DNA of 64,000 nt from Octopus sinensis (lineage: Eukaryota): the NCBI RefSeq assembly GCF_006345805.1, contig NC_043006.1:55366001-55430000 (forward strand), in the 5' to 3' direction. Every line of letters begins with the position of its first letter. Positions within the stretch are counted from its first letter, which is position 1. Positions 1-11,637 of this stretch are shown in pieces. The position numbers were made by a program, and so were the translations under genes. The notes under the pieces were generated by a model that ran no database searches, had not been told where the DNA came from, and saw nothing but the letters and a program-made list of their open reading frames with translations.

Positions 1-29
1 ATTATCAAATATGTCCTCAAACAGGGCAA

Positions 30-440
30 AATCGCAAGCAGGACGGACAAAATGGTTATTAGCATTTCTTCCAGTTTCACATTGCAATTTCAAACTCTGT
101 CGAAGCGGACTTTCTCTTTCATCCATTCAGGGTCTGAGATCAATAAAATAAATAAAGTTGAGTACTGATGTCGATATAATCGACAAATACATTTCGCTCA
201 AAATTTCAGGTCTTGTGCCTATAGTAGAAAGGATTATTATTAATCAAGGCGGCGAGCTTTCGTTTGCACATCGGATAAAATACATACAGGCGATTCTTTC
301 GGCTCTTTACGGTCAACGTTCAAATACCACCGAGGTTGAGTTTATTAAGTTAACTACTAGTTGAGTTCTGAGATTAATATAACCGATTTGTCCCTCCCTT
401 TAAAATTGCTGGTCTGGTGCCAAAATTAGAAAGTAAGAAA
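30..440 (+). mobile_element. Degenerate SINE S3 fragments
   Basis: Diverged matches to the S3 core (ttcaaa..gaagcggactttctctttcatccattcagggt..gataaaataaataaagttgagtactg) seen intact at 16887-17106. Confidence 0.5.
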
Positions 441-859
441 ATATTTATTTATGACGATTGACGTCACTCTTCGCGAAGAGCGCGATATGTGATAAAAGCA
501 CAGATTGTCTTGATTTATTTAACAACATTTCAACAGTTCGTCTGCCTTCGCCAGGTTCAAACTATCGCAAGAAAAGTACAGAACATCAATCTATTTACAC
601 GTTTCTCTTGTTTGCATGTGGTTCAAACAAAAAATATGAAAATGCATTGAATCTAATATATTACTGTCAGAGCACAGAACATTTGCTAAAATGACTTGAG
701 ATATTTAAACTGTTGCATTGTCATAAACCAGTAACTCTAGTTACAGTTCATTGATGACACCTGTTTTTTGTTTTAGAAGGAACGCAGCATAATCTAGTTG
801 AATTTTTTATTTATCTCAAAACAAATAAAAATAAAAAAAAACTATCGCTCAAAACTAAT

Positions 860-1400
860 TATGAGTTCAACATAAAATTCTCGTTTTGCTTTACAGAAAC
901 TAGCATGAACGTTTTAGATACGAAATTTAAGTTCTCAGAAGACAGCATATTGGCAGAACTATTTTGCAAACACAGGTCATCACACATTTATCTTCACTGC
1001 TGCTCCGACCATTCATTTTGTAGGATTAAATTAAATCCAAAGTCACAAATTTTAATAATAATAAAGATTTGATATGTTATGGATTATTGGAAACACGTAA
1101 AGGGTTTTGTGCGTCACTACAGACTTATAGTGAATAACGATTGAAAAAATTGCAAATGACAGCTAAAATTAATGATTGTCAACGTCTCAAACCTAATTAT
1201 AGCAGATAAATTAAAAATTCTGACCGTATTCCTTTAGTTATTAACTGTGACAGAAAATGCATGACAGTTATCAGCATAGTTCACAAAGAAATATCCCCGT
1301 TTTAAAAAGATATTTCCCTCATCCACGTATTATTACTTTTAGGTGTAACAAAAATATAGGACAAATATTAAGTACTTTAGATCGCAATAGAAAAAAAAAC
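860..1400 (+). pseudogene. Decayed Penelope-like RT/thumb remnant
   Basis: Frameshifted PLE-like peptides (..HIYLHCCSDH.., ..RIPLVIN.., FRCNKNIGQIL); flanked by related short repeats at about 470-545 and 1450-1587. Confidence 0.4.
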
Positions 1401-1618
1401 TCATTATATTTTAAAAAGGATTGACGTAACTCTTCACAAAGGTAAGCACTCAAGACGAAGAGCGCGATTCGTATGTAATAGATATTTTATTGGTTGAACT
1501 TATTTTGAACTTCACACAGACTAACTGTTGAACTATCGTTCAACCAATAAAATATCTATTACAATCGAATCGCCGTATTCGTCTTGACTATTTATTATTA
1601 TTGTTATTATTATTATTA

Positions 1619-2161
1619 TTGAGTGAGAGAGCAGTGCATGCCATCAAAGTGACACTGGGGTAAAATATACGAAGCCCAGTATACCCATCATGACTACCCG
1701 TCTGATAAAGGTACACCAGCCACATGCATCACAACCATATGTGCGCGACATGGGGATCTCTAACAGGATAAACAGCACATGACCTTGCGGGTGGGGCCCA
1801 GTTAGAATTTTCTTCTGGTTGGGTAACCCATCCCACTCAAAAGGTCCCTGATTAAAGGTTGTTTAAGGATGTTGAACGAAACACCTATTATTCCAGAGAT
1901 GAATCATTCAACCCCCAAAGAATCCCTCTCAACACACGGCTATGATGCTCCCCCACTACTTCTGCTCGTGATCAGAGATGCACATATCGTCAGCCACCAA
2001 GGGACATGCACAACTGGTTAAGGTCAAACAACTGATAAGCAAATCTGTGGTATTGAGTATTGAGTGTACCCTTATCAGACGGGTAGTCATGATGGGTATA
2101 TTGGGCTTCGTATATTTTACCCCAGTGTCACTTTGATGGCATGAACTGCTCTCTCACTCAA
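1619..2161 (-). mobile_element. Element A copy with 98-bp terminal inverted repeats, flanked by (ATT)n and (AAT)n
   Basis: 1619-1716 is the reverse complement of 2064-2161 (3 mismatches); body matches 14104-14590 and, reversed, 4833-5545. Confidence 0.85.
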
Positions 2162-2415
2162 TGATAATAATAATAATAATAATAATAATAATTTTTTAAA
2201 ATCGTGTTAACTGGAACGGCTCATGTACTGAGAAGAGCATTATCACCGTGACAACAACATCCATTCATGAATTTATTTATTTATTAATTTTTTAATACAT
2301 ATTTTATCCGTGAATTTGCGTGTGTAATCTGGGAATGCATACAATGAGCTTCTCTGCCCTAGGTGTACAGAAAACACTCGGCGAGAAACGGAAGAAAATT
2401 TGAAGGAAGAATGAA

Positions 2416-2419
2416 AATG

Positions 2420-2499
<80 letters not shown>
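2416..2499. repeat. (AAT)n microsatellite
   Basis: Direct reading. Confidence 0.98.
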
Positions 2500-2995
2500 T
2501 ATGAAAGGAAACTGGGGGAGCCTCCTCCTCATGAGCTGATTAATGATACAACTAGTGATGGTGTCACTATAAAAACACTGGTAATTGCGCAACCTGATAA
2601 TCGCTACCTCATATAAGTAACAATGAAAAAACAAAATATTGTGAATAACGGTTGTAATGAAACTGAACCCAATGATGGTGACAGTGTTACACCCGGTAGG
2701 CTCAGAGATTCTGGTCCGGCTCCAGCCTGTCAATATCCAGAAAGGGACCATCAAACACGGCGTAGATGGAGCAAGCAAATCAATGATGTGGTCATGGAGT
2801 GTTACTACCTGAGCAACACGTTAGATGAAAATGGTGCTCAAATTAGGGGTTACTGACAACGTAAGTATGATCATTGGAGAGAAAACTCACGGAACAGAAA
2901 CTATGTAATCATGCTAGAGCAATAATAAAAAATTATTGGTTCACAGAAGTAGAGCTCGAAGCTATCAAAAGACGGGTTTTGGGAAATAGCAGCAG
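2500..2995 (+). mobile_element. 5' end (UTR and N-terminus) of an R4/Dong-like non-LTR retrotransposon
   Basis: RRRWSKQINDVVMECYYLSN..RGY*QRKYDHWRE, then after a frameshift EQKLCNHARAIIKNYWFTEVELEAIKRR; resembles the N-terminus of R4/Dong-type ORFs; begins directly after (AAT)n. Confidence 0.7.
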
Positions 2996-3002
2996 AGAAA
3001 CA

Positions 3003-3120
3003 AACCGATAGAATAAGTGCTAGGCATACAAAGCATAAATCCTGGGGTCGATTTCTTTGACTAAAAGGGTGCACCAGTATGGACGCAGTCACATGACTGA
3101 AACAAGTAAAACAATAAAAA
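3003..3120 (+). mobile_element. SINE S1 3' fragment
   Basis: gatagaataagtgctaggc..cctggggtcgattt..gactgaaacaagtaaaa matches the S1 tail at 31380-31520. Confidence 0.8.
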
Positions 3121-3199
3121 AATCTATGCAATTTTAACCCCAAGCAACGCCGGGTATCTCTGTTAGTGTTTTATAGAGCTTAAAATATCAAATCTATTT

Positions 3200-3651
3200 T
3201 CTGTATATACACATACATACATACATACATACATACATACATACATACATACATACATACATACACACACATACACACATACAAATGTATATATATATAT
3301 ATATATAAGGATCCCTTGACTATGGGATTGCACCTATATATATAAATAAAGTCAGAGAGATAGAGATAGATAGAGACAGATAGGTAGAAAGAAAGAGAGA
3401 GAGAGAGAGAGAAAGAGGAGGTTTGAATGTTGCTTTTGTCTTTCATATTTTTTTGTCTATATTTAATGTTACATATAGGTTTTATGCGGTATATCAAAAA
3501 TTATCTTGCGTTCAATTTGAATGTTAAATTTAACCATATCAAGAAACGTATTTGTCAAAATACGCATACACACACACGCACACGCGCGCAAACACACACA
3601 CAAGCATACACACATACACACACCCATACACACCCACACACATTCGCACGT

Positions 3652-3689
<38 letters not shown>

Positions 3690-3690
3690 C
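3200..3690. repeat. Compound (TACA)n/(TA)n/(AG)n/(CA)n microsatellites
   Basis: Direct reading. Confidence 0.9.
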
Positions 3691-3825
3691 GAAACGCATA
3701 CATGAGAGCGCGCTCAAAATGGCGCCATTTGCACAAAGCCGATGGGAAGAACTCATGGATGAAACCTGCTATCTCATAGTCTCAGAATCGCTATTTTCAA
3801 TGAACTTCAAAATTTAGTTACAATA

Positions 3826-4025
3826 TTTCATTCTAGTATAGGTACAAAGCCTGAAATTTTGAAGAAAGTGAGTAAGTTGATTGTCTCAATCCCAGTGCTC
3901 AACTGGTACACTTTTTCATCAACTCCTGAAAGGATGGAAGGCAACGTCGAGTTTACAGACATTTGAACTCAGAACGCGAAGACGGACGAAATGACGCTAA
4001 GCAATTTGTTCGCCGTGCTAAGGGC
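3826..4025 (-). mobile_element. SINE S3
   Basis: Reverse match: gaaaggatggaaggcaacgtcgag..atttgaactcagaacg..cgtgctaa. Confidence 0.8.
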
Positions 4026-4035
4026 TTGATAGCTT

Positions 4036-4828
4036 GTGCCCACAGATTATCTCTACAAGCATGACAGAGCAGCACAGATTATTCACTGGGTAATCTGCAA
4101 GGACTTGGACCAGCCCCATGATAAAAACTGGTCGAAACACAAACCACCTGCAGTGCTTGAAAATGGTCACATCTTATTCCTTTGGAGCTTTACTGTTCAA
4201 ACTGACAGAAAGATAGATACTAACAGGCCAGACATTATATTGAAGGATATCAGACAGGAATCATGCTTCCTCATCGATATTACTGTCTCAATAAACATAA
4301 ATGTATCTGTCAAGACCTACCAAAAACTGAGCTAATATAAAGATCTTGAAATAGAAATTGGTAAAATGTGGAACCTCAGGACTAAAACAATACCTGTTGT
4401 CATAGGAGCCGAAGGAATGATAAGCGGAGGGGGATGATTGCTATCTTTCTCAGATATTAGGAAATCCACAAACGGCAGAAATTCAAATAATAATGCTCAT
4501 GGCAACTGCTCATATCCTACATAGAATATTAACTGTATAATCTCCAAAATGTTTTAATCTGTACAGCGTGTTAAAAGTGCTTTTAAATGTAAATAATAAG
4601 AAACAACTTTTACTGTTATCTTAACATCACACTATCGCCTTATAATCAATGCCTTATAAAGGAAACTTCTAATTTTTTTAATGTTTTGACAGACATTCTG
4701 TAGAACAATACTTTGTATAAAATAAATCTATGGCACCCTTGTCATAACACCAACTTGAACTTCTAACTTGTCTCTTGAGGTCTCTAGGTAAGACTTGAAA
4801 TCAATTTGTGCAAATACAAAGAAAAAGC
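4036..4828 (+). pseudogene. R4/Dong-like retrotransposon C-terminus (restriction-like endonuclease) plus 3' UTR
   Basis: YKHDRAAQIIHWVICK..WSFTVQTDRKIDTNRPDIILKD..CFLIDITV..KLS*YKDLEIEIGKMWNLRTKTIPVVIGA: RHD and PD-(D/E)xK-type RLE motifs. Confidence 0.9.
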
Positions 4829-4832
4829 CAAG

Positions 4833-5545
4833 GATGCCCTGATGCAGTACCAGGCAGTGACTTTCATGGTTTCTCATCTTAACTGATTGGAAGTGTTATC
4901 GTGTACATTGTTTTGTCGTAGTATAAAAGATGGGATACAGCAGATATTCTGCTCAATGCCACAGATTTACTTGTTAGTTGTTTGACCATAACCAGTTGAC
5001 AATGTTCCTTAGTGGCTGACGATATATGCATCTCTGATCCTGAGAAGTAGTGGGGGAGCATCATAGCCATGTGTTGAGAGGAATTCTTTGGGGTTTGGAT
5101 AAATCACCTCTGGAATGTTGGGTGTTTTTTTCCTCATCCTTAAACAATCCTTATTCAGGGACCTTTTGAACGGGATGGACTACTCGACCTGAAAAAAATT
5201 CTAACTGGGGCCCACCTACAAGGTCCCTTAGTGGCTGACGATATGTGCATCTCTGATCATGGGCAGAAGTAGTGGGGGAGCATCATAGCCATGTGTTGAA
5301 AGGAAATCTTAGATAATTTACCTTTGGAAACATAGGTGGTTCGTTCAACATCCTTAAACATCCTTATTCAGGGACCATTTGAGCAGGATGGGCTACTCGA
5401 CCAGAAGAAAATGGGTGTTTCGTTCATCATCCTTAAACAATCCCTATTCAGGGACCTTTTGAGCGAGATGGGCTACTCGACCTAGGCCCCAGTTGCCAGG
5501 TCATGCGCTGCTTATCTTGATATGGGATCACCATGCCGCGCAATG
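4833..5545 (+). mobile_element. Element A, sense copy with internal duplications
   Basis: Reverse complement of the element at 14104-14590 plus extra 5' sequence; segments such as ccttagtggctgacgata..gggggagcatcatagcc and catccttaaac..ttcagggacc are repeated. Confidence 0.85.
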
Positions 5546-5764
5546 AAAAAAATAATTTCATTGGATCGTGTTTCCAATGCAGAATCACTGAGCTACTCAA
5601 TATGGTTTAAAAAAAACCACAAAAAAATTTAAGCTGAAATCTTCTAGGATTGCAATAAATCTTGCCTGTGCTTATTCTGAAGTATTCTATCCTCTAGGTT
5701 TTGTAACATGGCTCAAAATACCATACGAAATACAGTAATTTTGTTGGACAAAATGGATACTTGT

Positions 5765-6300
5765 CGGGATTAATAATGTCAACGTGTCTCAGGTAATTTT
5801 GGAAATCAAGTTACAACGATTTCATTCAGTAGGTCTATTCAAGCCGTCGGCTTCGAGAAAAAAGTAGATTTTTTAAAAGCTTGGAAGAAAACACGACATT
5901 CACGAATATTTGAAGTTGATTGAGAGAGTATTAAATGAAGTGAATGTGCATAACAATGTACAGCTTCTGTCAACAATGCACTTTATCCCCGAAAACTTTC
6001 TTGAGGCTTTTCCTTCTCCTTAACAAATACCAAAACCTGTGTGAGTTGAGATTTCACTCGAAGTTCCGTAGTCTCATCAAACATAACAACAACATATGTT
6101 GTTTTTCAACCATTTGCTTAATTACACCTTCACTTGTAGCTATACAATTAAATGACTTTATTTTGAATATCACTTGAAAGTGATATTCGTTTTCAGTATC
6201 ACTTGAAAGACGAGAAAATATGTAGTTATGCTGACAAAATAAGAGATATGGGGAACTGAAGAATTTGTTCAGAATGGGACATCCCGTCATTCACTCATAC
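5765..6300 (-). pseudogene. hAT transposase fragment (ZMYM1/DUF4371-like)
   Basis: Minus-strand peptides YVVVMFDETTELRVKSQLTQVLVFVKE..ESFRG* and VHCYAHSLHLILSQSTSNIRECRVFFQ: first catalytic D region and CxxH motif. Confidence 0.75.
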
Positions 6301-6835
6301 TATTCATAATACTTTGAACAAAAATAACGCCGACATTCCCTACTGTCCACTTTGGTTTTGATCTTCATTTCAGGATTTGGCTTCTTTTTTCTGCAAATGA
6401 TAATATTCTTCTTATCTGTTTCGAAGGTCAGGAAAATAGAAAGGAAACTGAATTAATTGACCCTTTTGCCATACTGGGGGCGAATGAAAGCATGAAAAAT
6501 ATTACTGAGTTATAATCTTTTTAAACTAATCGAAGCTTTATGCTAACAGATAATTTAGGTGCTAGTTTACGTTTTTACGTAATCCTTTTTTTAAATAACT
6601 TTAAATATTAAAAATTAAATTTTAAAGCATTGGCATAGATAAATGGTTGACATTTACACTTTTTAATAACACACACACTCACACACACATACGCATCCTC
6701 AATCCACACAAAGACATTGCAGATTTCTACCTTTTTGTTCTGAATGTGAACTAGTCAAGAATAAAACTCTGGGGCCACATGACCGAATTCGGGCCTTAAG
6801 AAGGAATCAAAAATATTCTCCATGCTTTTTAAAAA

Positions 6836-7005
6836 GCAGACGTGGCTGTGTGGTAAGAAGTTAGCTTCCCAGCCACATGGCTCCAGGTTCAATCCCAATG
6901 CGTGCCATCTTGGGCAAGTAACACCTACTATAGCTTCAGGTCAACCAAACACTTGTGAGTGGATTTGGTAGAGGAAAACTGAAAGAGGCTTGCCGTATAT
7001 CCATC
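6836..7005 (+). mobile_element. SINE S1 head
   Basis: A-box tggctgtgtgg, B-box ggttcaatccc, core cttgggcaag..gagtggatttggtag. Confidence 0.85.
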
Positions 7006-7321
7006 CATCCATCCATCCATCCATCCATCCATCCATCTCCAGAAATAGATAGATATAGTGATAGATAGATAGAGACATAGAGAGAAAAGGAGAGAAAGAG
7101 AGAGAATCAACAGGCGAGATCCAGAGATTCTCAATATAGAAAACACTTAGTAACGTTCAAATGATTTGAACTTGCTCGCCAAAACCTTTACCGAGGATCA
7201 AGCCCGCGGAGTAAACAGTGGTAATAACAGGAATCCAGGTGAGCAGATCTGGAGATAATGATGCAAATAAACAAATAAAACTTGTTGGGTTAGATGTACA
7301 AAATATATATACATGCAAATA

Positions 7322-7697
7322 TCGAGGCACTCCATCGTTTACGACGACAAGGGTTCCAGTTGATCCAATCAACGGAACAGCCTACTCGTGAAATTAACGG
7401 GCAAGTGGCTGAGCATCCCACAGACACGTGTACTCTTAACGTAGTTTTCGGGGAGATTCAGAGTGGCACAGAGTGTAACAAGGGTGACCCCTTTGAAATA
7501 CAGGTACAACAGAAACAGGAAGAAAGAGTGAGAGAAAGTTGTGGTGGAAGAGTATAGCAGGGTTCGCCACGGCACTCTGCCGGAGCTTTCAGTCTTTTCG
7601 CTCAATAAGCACTCACAACGCCCGCTCTGGGAATCGAAACCGCGATCCTACGACCGTGAGTCCGCTGCTCCAACCACTGGGCCATTGCGCCTCCACA
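7322..7697 (-). mobile_element. Full-length SINE S2 (tRNA-derived head)
   Basis: Reverse complement gives ggaggcgcaatggcccagtggttgg..ggtttcgattccc; flanked by acatgcaaata/acatgtaaata, a likely TSD. Confidence 0.9.
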
Positions 7698-8004
7698 CAT
7701 GTAAATAGAGAGAAAGCAAAGACTGAATATTTTCAGCTGATGAATATTCAAGTATGAATATATAGATATTTATATATCAACAGAGCAAACTTACGCAGAG
7801 TAAAAGACACAGAAAATCAAAGTGGAGAAGGTATGGAGTTACAAGTCCGACAAATCTTTTTGGGGGCTCGCAGATACTTCATAATATTGGCGGATATACC
7901 TCACAGAATATGCAACCAGTAATGGAAGCAAATAAACATTAGGTATATCCGGTCTCCGTCTTCAGGTTGGAGTGATGTTTATATACATGTGCGTGTATTC
8001 GAGT

Positions 8005-8192
8005 GTGTATTTATCCTCCACCAACGCTTGATAACCGGTGTTGGTGTGCTCACGTTCCCGTAACTTAGCAGTTCGATACGAGAAACCAAAAGAATAAGTA
8101 TTAGGCTTTAAAAAAGGACCGGGGTCGATTCATTCGACTAAAAATCTCCATGGTGGTTACAATCTAATGACTGAAACAAGTAAGAAATAAAA
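8005..8192 (+). mobile_element. SINE S1 3' half
   Basis: cgcttgataaccggtgttggtg..cccgtaacttagc..gactgaaacaagtaag. Confidence 0.8.
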
Positions 8193-8959
8193 GTTAAAAT
8201 GTGTCATCATCGGTACCGAATAATCGCACGAAATAAACAAGAAACAACAATAAAACAAACTTTCAAATTGATTAAATATCCATGTCTCGTATAAATATGT
8301 CTGAATATGAGGAAAGCTTTAAGTCTTTTGAATAGACAAGTATTTGATCTCTGCTGCACATGACGGTAAAACAAACAGCGCTTCAAGAGAGATTATGTTG
8401 ACAGCGTGTCTGGGGGCTGAACAAGGCTTGAAGGCAAGCAGTACAAAATCTTCTTTGTCTACCTTTCTTTCTCTTGGCCATCCACTCATTTATTTTGTTC
8501 TTCTGTTTGACACTCACTTCTCGAAAGCAATAATAAAACACGAAGAAACTAATACCATTGCCCTTATTGCAAGCAGGAAAAAATTAGCTTTTCTTTTTCT
8601 ATTCCATTATGGTGACCACAGTTTAATGATGCTGACTGGTAAACCAGTTTTGGGGATTGCATCGAGTTGTGCTGATATAATGTAAGATAAATATAGTAAT
8701 AATAACAATAATACTTAGATGGGAGTTAGAAAGATTTAATGCATCGCACGTGTGATTCCATGTATCACATGTCTCTTAAGATCACAGTCCGTACTCCTGG
8801 ATAACACATTTGAGCAAAAATAGAAGCTGAAAATGCACTGACAATAGTTGAAATATTTTTTAGTAATATATTTAAAGCTTTAATCGATTTCACAGTTTAT
8901 ACCGATTTTCAAAAAGTTGAAATTGAAAGACGTGGCTTATGTCACAGTTGTCACGCTTC

Positions 8960-10250
8960 TGATTAGTGCTTGAAGCTTGCCCTATTTTTATCGGGAGTTT
9001 CCAAAAATACACAAGAATCAAACTATTAAGAACGCATGTAAAGAACCAGCTTCAAATTGTATAAACATGCAATATCTCATTGACCTTAAATTTATACCAA
9101 TCGTAGCAGGCTTGAACTGTGAAACACAAACTCGGCAACCTTTTAGATATATCATTGAAACCTATTTTAAAATACATACCAAGTCTTGTAAGTGACGACC
9201 TGGACCTGTGAAACAACCTCCAAAGATCCATAAACAATGGCGCCACTATTGTATCTTTTGACGGGTAAACTTCTATATCAGAAGCCCACACCAATATGGA
9301 CTAGGGGCAATAAATTTCTGGCTTGAGAAATTCTCTCATGAAATTCCAGACAAAATTGAAGGGTTTCATCACTGAAGGATTAAAGTTTATCCTCGAAAAC
9401 AATTGTTTTACTTCGATGAGAATGTTTACGAACAAATATCTGGGACTGCGATGGTGATAAAAGTTGATCCGACATACGCCAATTTAGTCATGGCATACCT
9501 GGAGGTCCAGATATATGAACAATCTAAATTAAAATATGGCTTGAACTTCCACAAATACCTATTAGAAAACTGGAAACGTTACCTAGTTGACTGCCTAATC
9601 CTATGGATGCACACATTTGAACAACTTATAGATTTCAAATATCTAATCAGCAATATAAATAATATTAACTTTACCGTGGAATACAGTAAAGCTCAACTAC
9701 CATTCCTAGATATACTAATCAAAAAAAGAGATAAAAACATTGAAACAGATATTTACCACAAAGAAACAGATTCTAAACAATACTTACTGTTTCCTCATGC
9801 TATCCCAAACACAGGGAAAATAATATTCCCTTTATTCTAGCAAGAAGAATCTGTACAATTGTCTCAAGCCCTGAAACTTGCAATAAAAGACTCCAGGAAC
9901 TAAAACAAGTACTACTTAAAAGACAATATCCATTAACGTTAATAGACAAGGGAATAGAACGCGCCAAAGTAATAAATATTGAAGAACTACGAAAAACGAA
10001 ATGAACTCAAGATAATCCAATATTCTACCCGTTATTACAACACACAACCCAAGAAACACAGAGTTTTACAATATTATCCACCAGAACATCCCACTACTAA
10101 AACAAGACCCGAGAATGAAACAACCACTCGAAATACATAAAATAATCAAAAGTAAAAGACAATCGAAGACCCTCAAAAAATTCCTCACATGTGCTACATT
10201 ACTTTCACAATTCCTATACCAAAAGGCGATTGATGTTATCCCGGATTCAC
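8960..10250 (+). pseudogene. Penelope-like element reverse transcriptase, disrupted
   Basis: FY..FPKIHK, FIPIVAG, QISGTAM..PTYANLVMAYLE, WKRYLVD (YxDD mutated), INFTVE..LPFLDILI..TDIYHKETDSKQYL; stops and frameshifts. Confidence 0.85.
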
Positions 10251-10647
10251 TTTACATTTAATAGTCTAACTATATCATTTTTAATCGCCTCGTTATATTA
10301 ATTCATATTTTCCTCATACATTCACACGTTCTTTTAAATGTGATATATGTATATATCTTTATACCTTCAGGCTTTGTGTGCTAAACAACCTGGCATTTTA
10401 ATATGTTTTTCTCCGATGTGAATATATGAGAATGATTTGGAGTTGTACAGCCAATTATGTTGTTTATAATAATAATGATAATAATGAATTTATCGTATAC
10501 AGTGCTCAGGTGTACCACAAAGTTTTTAACCACTAAGTTTGTACTTTTTCTCCGTTTTTGCTTGAGCACCTCCTCTTGCAACCTTGTACTTAATTTACTT
10601 TTCGATTCCTATAAGGAAAAACAGAATTTAAAATTATGTATTTTGTC

Positions 10648-10764
<117 letters not shown>

Positions 10765-11236
10765 TTTTTAATTTTTCATTCCTTACTTTATTCACGTAAC
10801 TTTATTGCTGTAAAGTTTTATCTTTATTTAAATTTTTATCTGAATTATGGCTTGTACTGTAGAGTCCAGCGAAACTAATTTCTGCATACCTAATTTAAAC
10901 ATACCAATTTTACACATAATTAAGGGTTTTAAAAAATAAAAAATTAATTAATTGAATTGAACGTTGATAAAGTTATGTAAGGGCCTGATGGTTGGGCTGG
11001 CATCTTGAGAGGGTTTCAAGGGAAACACGGAGTGGTTTAGGAACCCGAGGATGTACCTGATGAAACACGTGTTGCCAAGTAATAAAACAGCAGGTATTTA
11101 AAATAAAAATAAAAATTATTTTTATTTGGTGAGATGTAGGGGTCTACTATCTCTAAATTATAATATATTTCTTCATTGAGAATAATTTGAACCTCTGTTA
11201 TGCCGGAATTCTTATTCCCTAAAAAACAATATTTAA

Positions 11237-11330
<94 letters not shown>

Positions 11331-11637
11331 GTAAATGACGAAGAACGAGACTATGAGCTCAACACGTATTGGTGGATAAAATTTCTTTATTTGTGTATTA
11401 GGCTAAGAATGCTACGAAATATATCTTAAAATCCTAACAATTTTTCAAGTCGATCACAAGGAGGAATGGTGTTCGTCTCCAAATGTCTCGGAAGTTTACT
11501 AAAATCTTTGTAAAGAAAACAATAAATCAAGGGTCACTACCCTGGGATGACAGCTTTTGAATGATTATCTCCCCTCGGAAGAAACCGCTTTTAGGAAAAA
11601 AAACCGTTATGGACAGTGAATTTGCTTGCATTATATC

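Noticed and set aside
3180-3817. [12 protein letters not shown] ORFs here and throughout the window
   Set aside because: Dinucleotide and tetranucleotide repeats lacking stop codons
4833-4900. Structured 5' end of element A as a possible ribozyme
   Set aside because: Hairpins are present, but I could not fit HDV or HHR topology
8607-8671. Possible terminal exon QLDAIPKTGLPVSIIKLWSP* on the minus strand
   Set aside because: Only an acceptor-like site supports it
11335-11380. tgacgaagaac..gctcaacacgt resembling a minimal HHR
   Set aside because: Lacks C3 and the GAAA motif
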